Shown: piece after piece, positions 50,891-64,000 of the stretch | Layout of the letters: the number at the start of each line of letters is the position of its first letter | Position numbering within the stretch: position 1 is the stretch's first letter | From: Octopus bimaculoides | Lineage: Eukaryota | Assembly (NCBI RefSeq): GCF_001194135.2 | Contig: NC_068984.1 | Span: forward strand, 27,580,697 to 27,644,696 | Length of the DNA stretch: 64,000 bases | Direction: 5' to 3' | The notes under the pieces: model-generated | Told to the model about the DNA's origin: nothing | Database searches by the model: none | The model's input: only the letters and a program-made list of their open reading frames with translations | Made by a program: the position numbers and the translations under genes

Positions 50891-52756
50891 TAATTAGAGT
50901 GATTTTATATTGGATTGTTATTTGAAACAGTCTTTTATGACACATTAAAATTGATAGTTAGTTTCAGATAAATTGATGCCTAACAAAAATAACTCTCCTA
51001 ATATATGCTCAATAAATTTGTAAAAATAAAGAAAGACTTTTATCAGAAAAAGACAAAAATAATAAATTATTTGTATCTTCACTTTGATCTGGATTTTATA
51101 AACCCATACTTACATGCTTGGAAGATATATACAAGTTGTCTGAATGATCAGCAAAGTTTTGAAAATAAGTGTTTAATAAGCAAAGTCTGTGATGAAGTGT
51201 TTGTTGTTGATTGTAGATATTGATATATCTTTATTTATATTGGAAATAATCTTCCCTGATATCAATTAGGCTATTCATGTATTAAAGTCAGACACACTAA
51301 AAAATTAATGCATTTCATATTTTGCCGTATTGCTTCTTGAAAGTGAAATAAATAATTTATCAGTTTTGTCATCCTATTGCTGCATGAATTTAGTAGAAAT
51401 TTATTTTATTATTTGTTAAAATGTAACCATTTAGTAAGAATGGTTTATTAATGATTAGCTTAAAGAATGAAAAATGACATGTGAAGAAAGTGTGTTATTG
51501 TTTCATAAAAGCTTGTTACTGATAGGGTTGTTAATCTTATTACCAAACAGGATTCAAGTGGAAAATGACTTCTTTGAGACTTTTAGAATATTGAATAAGT
51601 TTCCTGTTACATGTTAGAAAATGATTGTAAAGAATTAAGAATTAGTTGCAAATAAATGATATTCTCTTGAAAGCAAACGTCTAGATATCGTGCATTATAT
51701 TTGTCAGAAGTGCTGACTGTAAATAATGCAACTCACTATAGATTAATAAAGAAGTGAATAACTATTGTTACATCTTGAAACAAGAGTTGCATTCAGAATT
51801 AGCTATTAAACATATCTCTTGTTGAGTTTTATTGTGAAACATTTGTCCTTTATTGCAGGAAATCTAGTTGAAACTTATTGTATTGCTGTCAATCTATCTT
51901 AGAAGACAACATATCTTTTATAAGTTGCTCCTTCTCCATGGCACTGATGGGCCATAAACATGTCTTATATGTCATTAGATTTGGGGATAAATTTCACTGA
52001 CAAGAAACTAAAATAAAATGACAGTGGTAACTAACTTGAGATATTCCAAGAGACTACACTTTCTACTTGGGTTCAATTGGAATGGAATAGAAGTAATTCT
52101 GGTGAATTTTTCTTGTTCTTTCTAGATTGGAAACTCTCATGTGTGACGTTAAGAGAAATTAATATAAAATCTATAGTCAGTTTGTCATTATACAATATGT
52201 AAAATAATACGATTTAAAATTATGGTAATAAATCGATTTTAGCATTTATTTTATTACTGTGTCACATGAAAAACCTAGTTCCTGTTTTATCAATGAAGGA
52301 AAGCAATGTTGAGCTTAGCTAGTATTTAGATGAATTATTATTTCAGAACATCAACTATTTTAAGTATTTCATGTGAATATTGAGAAAATCCAGATGCTGG
52401 AAGTAATGGATAAAATTGCTAAGAAAACTGTTATGACAAAATCACTTAAAATGGTATTTAATGAAAGTTAGATTAAAATCTTACTTCGTCTTACCAATTC
52501 TGAAAACATTTAAAATGTTATGTGCATTTAACTAGCTATTTGTAAAAGATGGCTACTTTAATTTATTTTGTGACTTTGATCATGCTTGATTTTTACATAA
52601 AGAGGGATAATGGTAAACTGTTAGAAAGAGTTTCCAGCTAGTATATCTTATATATATATATATATATATATCATAGTTTTAAAACATAATGGTGTTTTGT
52701 TTTTAGAAGAGAGAGAAACAATAACGAATATATATATAGTAATAGAAAGGTATATG

Positions 52757-52915
52757 TGCAGACATGGCTGTGGGGTTAAGAAACTTAAAACTTGTTTTGT
52801 AGCCATGTAACACAGGGTTCAATTTCTGAGTACATTATTTTGGGTAAGTGACTTCTATCATAGCCTCCAGTTGACCAAGCCAAAGTGACTGAAATTTGAA
52901 TGATAGAAACATTGT
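52757..52915 (+). mobile_element. old SINE family B head
   Basis: gcagacatggctgtggggttaagaaac...gggttcaatt...ttgggtaagtgacttctatcatagcc. Confidence 0.7.
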
Positions 52916-52938
52916 TTATACAGACAAGCAAGTCAATT

Positions 52939-53143
52939 AGGCAGCGAGCTGGCAGAAACGTTAGCACACCAGGTGAAATGCTTAGCGGTATTTCATCTGT
53001 CTATACGCTATGAGTTCAAATTCCACTGAGGTTGACTTTGCTTTGATCCTTTTGGGGTCGATAAATTAAGTTGCATACTGGGGTCGATCTAATCGACTGG
53101 TCCCCTCCCCCAAAATTTCGGGTCTTGTGTCTAGACTAGAAAA
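52939..53143 (+). mobile_element. full-length SINE family A with 15-bp TSD
   Basis: TSD agacaagcaagtcaa at 52922-52936 and 53143-53157. Confidence 0.92.
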
Positions 53144-53169
53144 GACAAGCAAGTCAACAGCAGTATGGT

Positions 53170-54585
53170 AGCTAGTTAAATGCACATAACAAAGTGTTAG
53201 CTATATATTCCTTAGCAGTTCCAGTCATTATTTACAGATTGAATGTGTTGAACTGGAATATGAGTGAAATAAGGAAGATTGACAGGAAATTTCATAAGCT
53301 GCTGACTTGCAGTAAAATGCACCGCCCAAAGGCAGACACAGATCGTCTTTACCTACCCAGAGCTCAAGGAAGTTGAGGCTTGATCCAGTTTGAAATCTCT
53401 TACAAAAGCACCACAATTGGGCTGGCAAAATATCTCGAAACATCTAATGACTGGATGCTAAAGCTCGTTGAAAACCATGAAAGGCATATGAAACTATATT
53501 CTGTTATGAAGGAGAACAAAATATTTTCAAGTGAGTTTATGCATAATTCCTAGGTTGAACAGCATGATGGAAGTGCAACAACTGTAGTTGCAAAGAAAGT
53601 TAAATCAATTGCAAAGCAAAATGTATTTGAACAATTGGCTGATAGGTGGAAACAAAAACCTCTGCATGGCAAATATGTGGTTCATAGCAAACAAGCTGAT
53701 GAGGCAGAGAGTGGTGGCTTTATCTTGGCTGCCCAAGATTAGAGCTTATTGACCTGGAACTACCAAGCCAATGGTGTAGACACAAAGTGCTGATACTGCA
53801 ATGATGGGATAGAAACAGTAGATCACCTAATCTCTGGATGTAACATTTTAGCTCTTATAGAGTACAAATCAAGACATGACAGAGTTGGCCAATATCTACA
53901 TTGGATAATGTGCTGGCATTATAAAATCAAAACTGCTGACAAATGGTACAAGCACTAACCTGAGGCTGTAACTGAGGGAGAAAATGTAATTATTCTTTGG
54001 GATTTCCCAGTATGTACAAAGAAGACCATCAAGGCAAATCAACCAGATATTGTTGTGAAAGACCAAAACAATAAAGTCTATTTATTGATTCAAATGAGAA
54101 TACCCTGTGACCATAATATCTCCGAAAAAGAATTTGATAAGCTCAGAAAATATAAAGATTTGCTCATCAAAATTAAAAAAGATGTGACATCTCAAGATGA
54201 TTACAGTACCAGTGGTTGTGGGGGCACTTGGAATGATCAAAAAAGGAACTGAATATTATTTAAGAATGATCTCTGGCTTACCATCCATGCAGGAAGTACA
54301 AAGGATTGTCTTAACTGGTGATTCACATGTACTGAAAACATTGTCAGTGAATTTTCTTTCCCCTTTTCCCCTTTATTTTCTTTGTTTACTTTTTCATTTT
54401 TTTATTTTTTCACTCTGTCTTTCTTCTTCTTTTTCTCTATCACATGACTTTGTAAATGGACAATTTGGTGTGTTTATTTTAGTGGCCTACCAATGTATAC
54501 ATAGGTGTCAAGGAGACACTTGGTATGAAATGGAAACAGAATTGAAAGAAGATGATAATGAAAATAATTAATAATAATAATAACA
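53170..54585 (+). mobile_element. R4/Dong-clade non-LTR retrotransposon 3' part (CCHC, restriction-like endonuclease, 3' UTR, (AAT)n)
   Basis: LAIYSLAVPVI...DRLYLPRAQG; KC*YCNDGIETVDHLISGC...RHDRVGQYLHW; ILWDFPV...ANQPDIVVKD...PCDHNISEKEFDKLRKYKDL...VPVVVGALGMI. Confidence 0.88.
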
Positions 54586-54937
54586 ACAAGTGCACTCAGA
54601 GAGCACAAACCACCAACAAGGCAACACCAACATCCTCAACGCTTATCCAGAGATGATTTTTAAAATTAGAACGTCTGAAATAAATTTGACTGCTCTCAGG
54701 AACAAGAATACTAGAAATGAACCCAACCCCTCGCAAAGATTAAGTAAAAAAAATAGGAAAAATAATCCAGAATCCTTGTCCTGTACCGGATCGATCCCAA
54801 AATCTAATCAGTTCGTGCCAGTCATGAGACCAGACAGCCCTGAAAGTTTCATCCGAATCCATCCCACGGTTTTTGAGATTTCTTGTCCACAGACAAACAC
54901 AGCTGAAAAACAATACCTCCACCTTCGCTAAGGCAGA

Positions 54938-54938
<1 letters not shown>
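54585..54938 (+). mobile_element. non-autonomous Helentron/HINE-like element
   Basis: 5' aacaagtgcactcagagagcacaaaccaccaac; 3' hairpin cctccacctt-cgct-aaggcagag; the architecture assignment is inference. Confidence 0.45.
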
Positions 54939-54984
<46 letters not shown>

Positions 54985-54989
54985 GGAGG

Positions 54990-55205
54990 CATAACAAAAA
55001 CACCAGGACTTACAAATATATATAACATACAGAAAATTGCACTACTGGGCACTGCACACATCCTATGCAAAACACTTTCAATACAGTAACCATAAGAGCA
55101 TCACAGCAAACCACAGCACATACCCAAGGCACACAGAGCTGTGCTCGGTAGTGAAGTGAAAGCACGTTATAAAAATAAAACTACTGAATAATAATAATAA
55201 TAATA
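54990..55205 (+). mobile_element. second R4/Dong-type 3' end
   Basis: TPGLTNIYNIQKIALLGTAHILCKTLSIQ*, 3' UTR and (AAT)n tail. Confidence 0.8.
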
Positions 55206-55754
55206 AATGCATCATAAATAATGTTTCCAAAACACAAATGGCAAAGCTTTCCTCTGCCAATACTGCTAATATCTCATTGATAGATAAGATTGATTATTAC
55301 TATCTTTTCAGCCTGTTAAGAGATGATAGCTGAGATCCAAAGTAGATAATGCCTGCTATCTGTTTCTGTTCCTGATAATTCTGAATTAAAAATCCTGCCA
55401 AGCTCAACTTAGACTTTTATTAATCCATTGTCAATAAAATATATAAGGGAGGTGGGGAACTTGTATTAACTATACTTCCTCCTTTCACAACTGGACTTAA
55501 GTCAGAATTGATTGAGCATTAGACTTATCATCAATATCATCAACAACATCATTGCCATTTTTATGCTCATTTCTCCATTCTTGGGTCAAGTGGAATTCAT
55601 TGAGGTAGATTTTCTATGGCTGGATGTTCTTCTTGTCACCAATCTTCACTTGCTTCCAAGCAAAGTGATAGACCCTTAATCTATCAAACAATGAATGACC
55701 TGGACGTAGTTACACTGTGAAGTGGAATTAAACAACATCATTTGAATGAACATA

Positions 55755-55872
55755 ATTTACATTATTTACATTAATTACATTTGATGGATATTTGTCCTCA
55801 TCTTGTTTGTTGTTAACACGTTTCGGCTGATATACCCGCCAGCCTTTGTCAGGTGTCATGGGGAAATTTCGA
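55755..55872 (-). mobile_element. Penelope terminal-repeat fragment with degenerate hammerhead
   Basis: Minus gacac-CUGACAA-A-GGCUGG.cgggtata.UCAGCC-GAAA-CGU; G8 mutated and cleavage triplet damaged. Confidence 0.65.
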
Positions 55873-55874
55873 AA

Positions 55875-56430
55875 AGGAGCCGTAAGTAGTAGCATTCTGC
55901 TTGGCTTGGGTGGACACTGTAAACTCTTGCAAAAATATCAGCCCACATTTCCTCTTGTGCCATTTATTGTTTCTCCAAGTGTAATACTTTGATGATTGTG
56001 GGTAAAGGAGTTTTCTTGCATATTCATCTACTTGACACAATTTAAAAGAGGCAGTAAGGGTAGTTTCTTTTGGAGAAAGTTCTTATTGCAAGGCTGTTTG
56101 TTTTGAAAAGATAACCCTATGAAATGATGGTTGGGTGCCTCTCATGAATGGGAAAATTGAAGATGCACCAAAAAACATCATTGGTACTGATGTGTCTTCT
56201 ACTGTCATACTGTGCAACTTTGTCATTTTTATTTATCTGCTGACTGCCATTCTGCATAAGTGTGTATATTGCAGCATCTAAACCTTTGTTTAAACATTTG
56301 CAAACATATTTAAATAGAGTTGCAGAAGTTAACACTGACTCTGGCTACCTGTACTCATCTTTGCTTCTCTATAGAATACTGATCATCTGTATCTACTACG
56401 TTTCCCCTTGTAGAGAGTGAGAACATTGTT
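55875..56430 (-). mobile_element. Helitron RepHel fragment
   Basis: FKYVCKCLNKG...RHISTNDVFWCIFNFPIHERHP (after Rep motif 3, KY..KY..KG) and ARVYSVHPSQAECYYLRLL. Confidence 0.85.
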
Positions 56431-56584
56431 CTGGGAAGCTTTTTCGAAAATTGGGGATTAAATGAAAAAATGAGTTACGTGAATATCTTCACAAGAGAGA
56501 TTGAAATAAATGGCGATTGTGGAACGCTGCATGCACACACATACATAGAGTATCAAACATCAGATGAAATAGACATGTATGTGT

Positions 56585-56638
<54 letters not shown>

Positions 56639-56648
56639 NNNNNNNNNN

Positions 56649-56690
<42 letters not shown>

Positions 56691-57511
56691 CCAGTGAAGG
56701 GGTGAGTTGTCATGTATACGTACATACATAAATAAATATGCATACATCGTTTTTGTATATATGTGTACATGTGTGAGAGAGATAGATAGATAGAGAGATA
56801 GATAGATAGAGAGAGAGATAGATAGATAGAGAGAGAGAGTGCCACTTAAATATCACTCTCTCTATCTCTGTCTCACACACACATGCAAAAAAGATGCATA
56901 CATATGTATTTATGTATGTATGCATACATGACAACACATCCTTCATTCTCTCTCTCTCTTTCACACACACACATACATACATGTATACAAACGTACATAC
57001 AAAAATATGTGTGTGTACGTGCGTGTGTGTGACTACAGCACACAAAAAGTAAATGAATAAAAACTTTTTACAAAAATTAATGAAGTCTGTGGGTTCAAGC
57101 GAGATTTGTGAACTTCGTAAATATTTCTTTCATTAATTTATCGCGGTTGTTTGCAAATAGTGAATTAAAACTTGAAATGAAAACATTAAAATAGAGAGTG
57201 AGAGATTTTGCAAAAGAAAACGGAAAACTTCACCGGTGCTACATCAATACTGGAAGTTGACATATTGACATTGAGAAACCTTTCTAAAGAAGTGAATCAT
57301 ATTTATAAAGCAATATTATTTATTTTTGATAAAAAAAAAGTAAACTAAAGAGCCTATTATGTATCCGAGGTCAAATTATTCATGCATCCCGTATATGGAA
57401 GGGATTCGTGCAACTGTTTTCATGTGGAAAGTGGATACACACACACACACAGGTGTATTTTATACAAGATATATTTATATATAATCAAAATAAGTAACAG
57501 AATATCAAGTA

Positions 57512-57602
57512 GTGATGCAATATGACCATTTCAAGTGGCTCCATTTAATAGAACAATGCAACCATTACATCAATTTAAATGCAATACTATCTTCAGCTGC
57601 AC
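57512..57602 (-). ncRNA. type-I hammerhead ribozyme-like motif with extended stem II
   Basis: GUGCAG-CUGAAGA-[57-nt stem II]-GAAA-UGGUCA-UA^-UUGCAU; 6-bp stem I with two G.U pairs; near-palindromic stem III AUGGUCAU. Confidence 0.45.
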
Positions 57603-57934
57603 AAATAAATAAATAGAATTTTAACCAGTAGGACACTTTTATATAATTTTTCTCAAATATTATTCACCTTACTTTGAGCTGACTGGTGCTTCAACTTAAG
57701 TACCTGGTGCTTGAACTTAAGTACCTAATTCAACTGAATCTCAATGTGTGTGTGTGTGTGTATATATATATAGAGAGAGGTACATACATATATACATAAT
57801 CTATACTTATGACAGTTCACTACTGTTATAATAAGACCTGTTTAATTTACAAACGCTTGTTACCTTGGATTTTTACGTTAAACTCCTTTATACACGTAGA
57901 GAAGGCCATGAGAAATATTGATTTCAAATATTGG

Positions 57935-58135
57935 CCCAAGGCCAACAATTTTTTGGGAGGGGTAAGTCAATTACATCGACCTCAGTGCTCAACTGGTACT
58001 TATTTTATCGACCCTGAAAAGATGAAAAGCAAAAATCAACCTTGGTGGAATTTGAACTCAGAACATAAAGACAGATGAAATGCTGCTAAGCATTTTGCCT
58101 GGCTTGCTAATGATTCAGCCAGGTCACTGCTTTAA
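57935..58135 (-). mobile_element. SINE family A
   Basis: ggcccaaggcc...ttttatcgaccctgaaaagatgaaaagc...ggaatttgaactcagaac...gccaggtcactgct. Confidence 0.85.
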
Positions 58136-59856
58136 AGGTCGTGAGAAAATATTAATTCAGCATATTCTCTGCAAATATCCAGGATCAATATGAGACAAAT
58201 CTTGCAGTGATATTGTCAGGAGTGAGAAACAACACATTGTAATGAAAACAAATGAGAAACAAGATGATAATTAAATGTTAACCTAGTGCTAAGTGATATT
58301 CTAGTTAAAACAGCTTTTTAATTATCTTTACTGGGACATGACATGTGCCATTGATGATGACACAGTTCACTTGTCCGTAAGAATGTTAACATTTATGACA
58401 CTGAAATTTCTGATTGCATTAATCATTAGAATCCCAATAAAAACAAATACAAAAGCCACGACTATATGAACAATACAACCAACAACTGATATTTTTTTTG
58501 TATTAGAAAACAAAATATAAAGAATATAATACAAAGAACACTATCTCTTCTAATATCATTTATTATTTATATTGTAATTATATGGTAACAGTTGCAGAAA
58601 TTAACTTCTAATCAATCTATAAAAACAAAAGCAATGACACACATAGATCAATGTATGCAATACAGATTACAATATTCATATGGATAACAGAATAGAATGT
58701 TATAAATACTAATGAAACATGTAGTATCAATGATCTAATAAGTAAAATTGAATGAGGCTCGGAGATAATTATTAATGATATGGTAATTTATATGATACTA
58801 CAGTCTTTAAGATCAAAACTTAGGAAGCTAGGACACACAGATTCAGATAAGGCAGGATGATAATGGTTGGAAATATGTTGGGTGTATTTCTTAGTCCATT
58901 AAACTAATACCAGGCTTTAACCAGTGTTTTTTCTTCCTCATCCCTCTCATCTAGATGTATGCATATTCATTCTTTGACAAAGTTTGACATCAGAAGAGCT
59001 GCGCTCATCTCATGGCATTTAGGAATATTGTCAAGTGTTTATTTCGTTTTCTTTTCTTTCTTGTATTAATTATTACTTGTTTCCTTGGTTTCTAGTTTCT
59101 TTCTTTAACATGTTAACCACCCCCTGTTACCACCAGCAATTCATTGCAAATTTCACTCAACTGTATCTGTGACATGGTTTCAGGGATATTTAAATAACAT
59201 GAGTGCTGAATATTAAAGTTTAATTATGAAATATTGTGAAAATGCAAAAAAATTACATCCCTTTGTAATTAAACCGAATGCAGTGTGACTGCACAAAATA
59301 TGTGGCATCACCAGTAAGTTCCAGTAACAGGCCATGGCAATTAACATGTTAAAGTCACAACCTTTAATTCTCTCATAGAATTTTAGTATTTCTCTTGACT
59401 ACACCACATTTCTGTTGTTTGGTCCAACTTAACCCTAATCAAGACTTATTATGAAAAGCATTCTGGTTGTAAACATTCCATCTTTTTTTTTTTTTCATAT
59501 CACAGTCTACATTGTTCAATGTAACCTTTTAAGATGGTAGGATGTAATTTAAATGGGATATGACTACTCTTTTCTATCAAGTCAAATTATTGCATAGAAG
59601 ATTCCTTATTGTCATAAAGCAATATTTTGAGAACCATCATCAACATCATTGTTTCTATGCCCTCTTTTCCATGCTGGCTTGAATAGAATAGAACACCACA
59701 CTACAAAATTCCCTTCTTACACATACTGAATTTCACTATACTTATTCTATCATTTTCTTTTACTGAACTACCAAGTTATGAAGATGTAAACAAACTAAGA
59801 CCAGTTGTCAAGCAATGGTGGAGGGACAAACACAAATACACAAACACATATATATA

Positions 59857-60930
59857 TCAGATTGGTGCAAAAATAATGGCCAATTTTGAGGTCTCTATAA
59901 AAAATGAAAAAGCCCATAATTAAGACAATATTTATTCATTAAGATAATTTCCATTGCTTTCTAGAATTTCATTCCATTTGTCAACAAGCTTATAAATTCC
60001 ATGCTTGTAGAACTGTTTAGGTTTTGACGTGAAATATGAATCTAACACATTTTCAACCACTTCTCTTGATGCCAATGTAAGGCCATTCAAATGGTTCTGT
60101 AGTCCCCAAAACAAGTGATAATCAGAAGGAGCAAGGTCTGGAGAATATGAAGCAATATTTCCCGAACAAGCTCTTCCAAGAAATCTTTGGTCAGTTGAGC
60201 TGTGTGAGGACGAGCATTATCATGGTGGAAGACGACACCCTTTCTGTTGACTAAACAGAGTCACTTTCTGTTCAAAGCACCTTTCAAATGATGAAGTTGA
60301 TCACAGTAGAGATTAGCAATAATTGCTTGATTGTTGTCTAACAGTTCATAATGGACAATTCCTTCGATATCCTACCATACACTCAACATGATCTTCCTCG
60401 GATGAAGTCCTCTTCTTAGTTGTTGAACAAGTCTTCCTCCTCGATTGATCTATGATTGATGATGCTTAACATTACAGCAAGGATCCACTTCTCATCACCT
60501 GCAATAAGCCTAAAAATGGTTCCTTAATGTGTCTTGAAACAATGACTGACAACAAACAACATGCTGTTGCAGATTCTCTGGTAACAGTTCATGCAAGACC
60601 CCTTTTCCAACCACTGAAACCTTTTCAGTCCTTTTCACTTGGCATAGAACAGTTGTATGGGCTATGTTAAACTATTCTGCAAGTTCTCTACAATTAATAG
60701 TTGGATTTTCTGTGACAACAGCTTCCAACGCTTTGAATGATCTTCTTTTTGAATGTTTTGAATGATCTTTTTGGTCCATCTTTCAACTTCAAATCCCCAC
60801 TTCTGAAGCAAGAAAGCCATCTCTTGCAACTTCTTTCACTCACTACATCATCCCCATAAACTCTCTGAAGAGAGTTTACTGCTATGCTTGCACTGACACC
60901 ATTATGAAATGCATTGAGTAAGACATGTAT
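59857..60930 (-). mobile_element. mariner transposon, nearly full transposase span, decayed
   Basis: TIR tcagattggtgcaaaaataatggcc after TA; PDLAPSDYHLFWGLQNHLNG (YSPDLAPSD motif); N-terminal SLQRVYGDDVVSERSCKRWLSCFRSGD. Confidence 0.9.
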
Positions 60931-60959
60931 ACATATGCATATATATATATGTTTATATA

Positions 60960-61125
60960 AGATGGGCTTCCACACAGGTTCCATCTACCATATTCACTCA
61001 CAAGGAATTTATCAACCGAAGGATATAGCCAAAGACACTTGCCCATGATGCCATGCACTTGAAACCATGTGGTTGAAAAGCAAGTTTCTTAAACACACTA
61101 CTATATCTGCATATTTTGTTTCAAT
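60960..61125 (-). mobile_element. SINE family B head
   Basis: gggcttccacacagg...aaagacacttgccca...aaccatgtggttgaaaagcaagtttctt. Confidence 0.75.
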
Positions 61126-61729
61126 AAATTTTAGTAAATCATTTTATTAAAACTACTTTTTGTCTGCAAAAAAAAATAATGAAAATAAGCTGTAGTTTGT
61201 GAAAATTTATTTAACGCTTTCATACCAAGCTGCTTGTGAATGACACTGATTCTAAAATACAAACTTCCTGTTTCATAGAGACCAAGACTAAAACCTTCCA
61301 ACAAAATTTCATGTTAATTTATATTTCCACCACCATTTTAATAATGATGAGTTATTTTACTAATTTCTTCATTATTTTCATAATCAATTAAAAGAAATGT
61401 AGTATATTTCAACTGAAATGTAGTAATATAAAATTTAACATATATTTCTTTACTTATTAAACTTTTCTCCCTCACAGTATTAGATATATTCCATTACATA
61501 AATTATATCCATTAATTTTTACTGTTGTTGATTCCTATTATTTACTCAGACTCTGTTGTTTTACTCTATTACTTTATATTTAACCAAACTGCAAAACTGA
61601 GACTGAGTTCACATATCACTGCTAAGTAGGTAGTATTTTAGAAAATATTCCTCTAAAATTCCATTAAAATGTCTAAGCCATGTGAATAAATGTTTAAATG
61701 TGTTGAACCAGCAACTATGGGAAAATAGG

Positions 61730-61875
61730 TGCAGAATGGGTCGCTTACTAACAAGATGATTTTAGGTTCAGTTCTAATATACAGCACTTCAAGTGTCTTC
61801 TACTGTAAGTTGGATAGGACAAAGCCTTGTGAATGGATATGATAGAGAGAAACTGAAAGTGGCCTGTCATATCTG
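61730..61875 (+). mobile_element. old SINE family B head
   Basis: ttaggttcagttct...caagtgtcttctactgtaag...aaagccttgtgaatggat...gaaactgaaag. Confidence 0.65.
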
Positions 61876-61881
61876 TTTTGA

Positions 61882-61948
<67 letters not shown>

Positions 61949-61978
61949 NNNNNNNNNNNNNNNNNNNNNNNNNNNNNN

Positions 61979-62015
<37 letters not shown>

Positions 62016-64000
62016 ATGTGCATATATGTTTATCTCCAAAAAATGTTCAAAAATTGCCCAATCATCTTATTCCAACCCAAGATGATTTAAATTATTTGGG
62101 AGGATATTAGTTTAAATTAGTCGTAGAGCAACAAAAAAAAAACAAACAAAAAAACATGCTACTGTAATATTTCATTTTATTCCATTAGATTTGTAGTTCA
62201 AATTTTGCAAGGTTTGAATTTGTTTTTCATCCTCCAAAGGGTCAATCTCTTTACTTATATACATTCTCCTATAAATTTTGATTTCATACTTGGTCAAAAG
62301 AAATCCATATTACCAAACAACTGCTAAATACTTTGCATCAGATTGATATGTCAATATTCGAATTCTGTTCTAGTCATTGTTTATTTATTAAACTGTGTAT
62401 ATTCTACACACTTTGTTTTTTCTCCAATGGTGGTGGGTTTAGATTATGAAAGCTTGGAATTTGAAAGATATACTTAAGGGACAAAAATCAATATAGACTG
62501 ACATTTTTTATGGTCTTATTTTACAATATTGCCACCATTTCTGTTTGTAAGGTTTTTATGACTAAGAGGGTCACCTTGACTGTTATAAGCTCCATTCATT
62601 TCAGGAACAAAATGGCTCTTCTTTCTGACAACCAATAGAACTAAGTATTCATCATAAATAAATCCTGAAATGCAAGCCTATAAATGATAAATTAGACAAT
62701 TCGCTTTATTCGTTTGGGAAGGAGAATCGTGTTTAAAGGCTTTGTAACATTTTATTTTAGTCTCGATGGGAAAAATGTACACTAAAAAATATGGAAAATA
62801 TATAAATTTTTTTTATATAATATTATATTATATAAAATAATTATACATCATATCATCAATATTTTTATAAGTGGTTATAATCATATAATAGTCGAAACAG
62901 TAAAAATAGTTTATTGTAGTTGTAATAGTTGCATCCAGTGAAAAAAAAGGAAAATTGCAGCTGCTTCCAAAAGTTCAAGTGTTTCATAAGCACCACTGAT
63001 TCATTCTGGATTCATGACATTAGACAAATGAAAGCTGAATCTCTTCATGGATATTCTTTCATACTATCTCACCATTCAATTACATTAAGGGTATATAACA
63101 TTCTGTGAATATCTTAAAACTACAAGTGGTATACATGAGCAAAAGTCAGTAAATAAAGTTCACAAAACTGAACAAACTTATATGACTTGCAGGAGACAAG
63201 AATTCTAATGAAATCATTTCTGAGAGTGCTGATGCATTATCAGAAATTTCATTTATTTTACTTTCCTTTAAAAAAAGTTCCTTCCCAAAACATCAGAATT
63301 CACATCTTCAGTAGAACATTTATTCATATCTGTTTCCATGCAACAAACATACATAGTATTAAAAGCTAATATCTAGAGAGAGGTACAACAAAATTGCTTA
63401 TAGTGAACTTGAGCCTTTGTTAATAAATACCATCCTTTGCATAATTTATAGAAGGCAATCCTTAATATAAACTAATTTGATAATGCTGTATGCCAGCACA
63501 ACTCGATTTCTGCTGAGTAGAACTTTTGGACTTATTTTAATATTTGTCTACACTGGGAAATATCCATAACATTCACACTAAAAATATAAAACACTCCAAA
63601 TTATGATGGCAATGCTTCAGGACCAGTCTTAAATGTGTGAATTCAACAGATGAGACTTGATTATTTATATAAATAAAATATAGTCACAAATTGACTGCAG
63701 GGTCTTAAAAGACAGGAAAAAAAAAAGGAGAGAGAAAGATAAAGCAGAAATATAGTGTGCATTATTTTCTTATCTTTCTTTTACAAAGATAATGAAATAA
63801 TTGCAGATATGAGTACAGAACAATTATTGAAGTTGTTTACTTTAGTATGATGCAGATTATGAGATAAGACTTCAGTTTCTGAAAGTAAACTCTGTTATGT
63901 TTAGTGAAATTGAGCTTGAATTGCTAAATTTAACACACACACATATGTGTGTGTGTGTGTGTGTGTGTGTATACATATACATATACATATATATATATAT

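Overview
Eukaryotic, AT-rich, microsatellite-dense draft sequence with 8 N-gaps. The repeat families strongly suggest an octopod cephalopod (Octopus); this is inference from recognised repeats, not a search. No intact protein-coding gene, tRNA, rRNA or CRISPR can be supported, and most listed ORFs are microsatellite read-throughs or transposon debris. The window is mainly a transposon graveyard: RTE, CR1/L2-type and R4/Dong-type LINE fragments, at least four Penelope-like (RT/GIY-YIG) fragments, three mariner remnants, a Helitron RepHel fragment, MITE/HINE-like elements and about 20 tRNA-headed SINE copies. A CpG-rich promoter-like patch at the left edge, scattered candidate exons and stop-poor 'ghost' reading frames hint at a host gene or pseudogene I cannot name. 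The most interesting signal is RNA-structural. Several hammerhead-ribozyme-like motifs of different sequence families are present, including a 140-nt inverted repeat (34247-34386) made of two back-to-back minimal type-I hammerhead cores, one per strand, and a long-stem-II motif at 57512-57602. Several long inverted repeats could also form dsRNA. All translations and alignments were done by eye; repeat boundaries are approximate.
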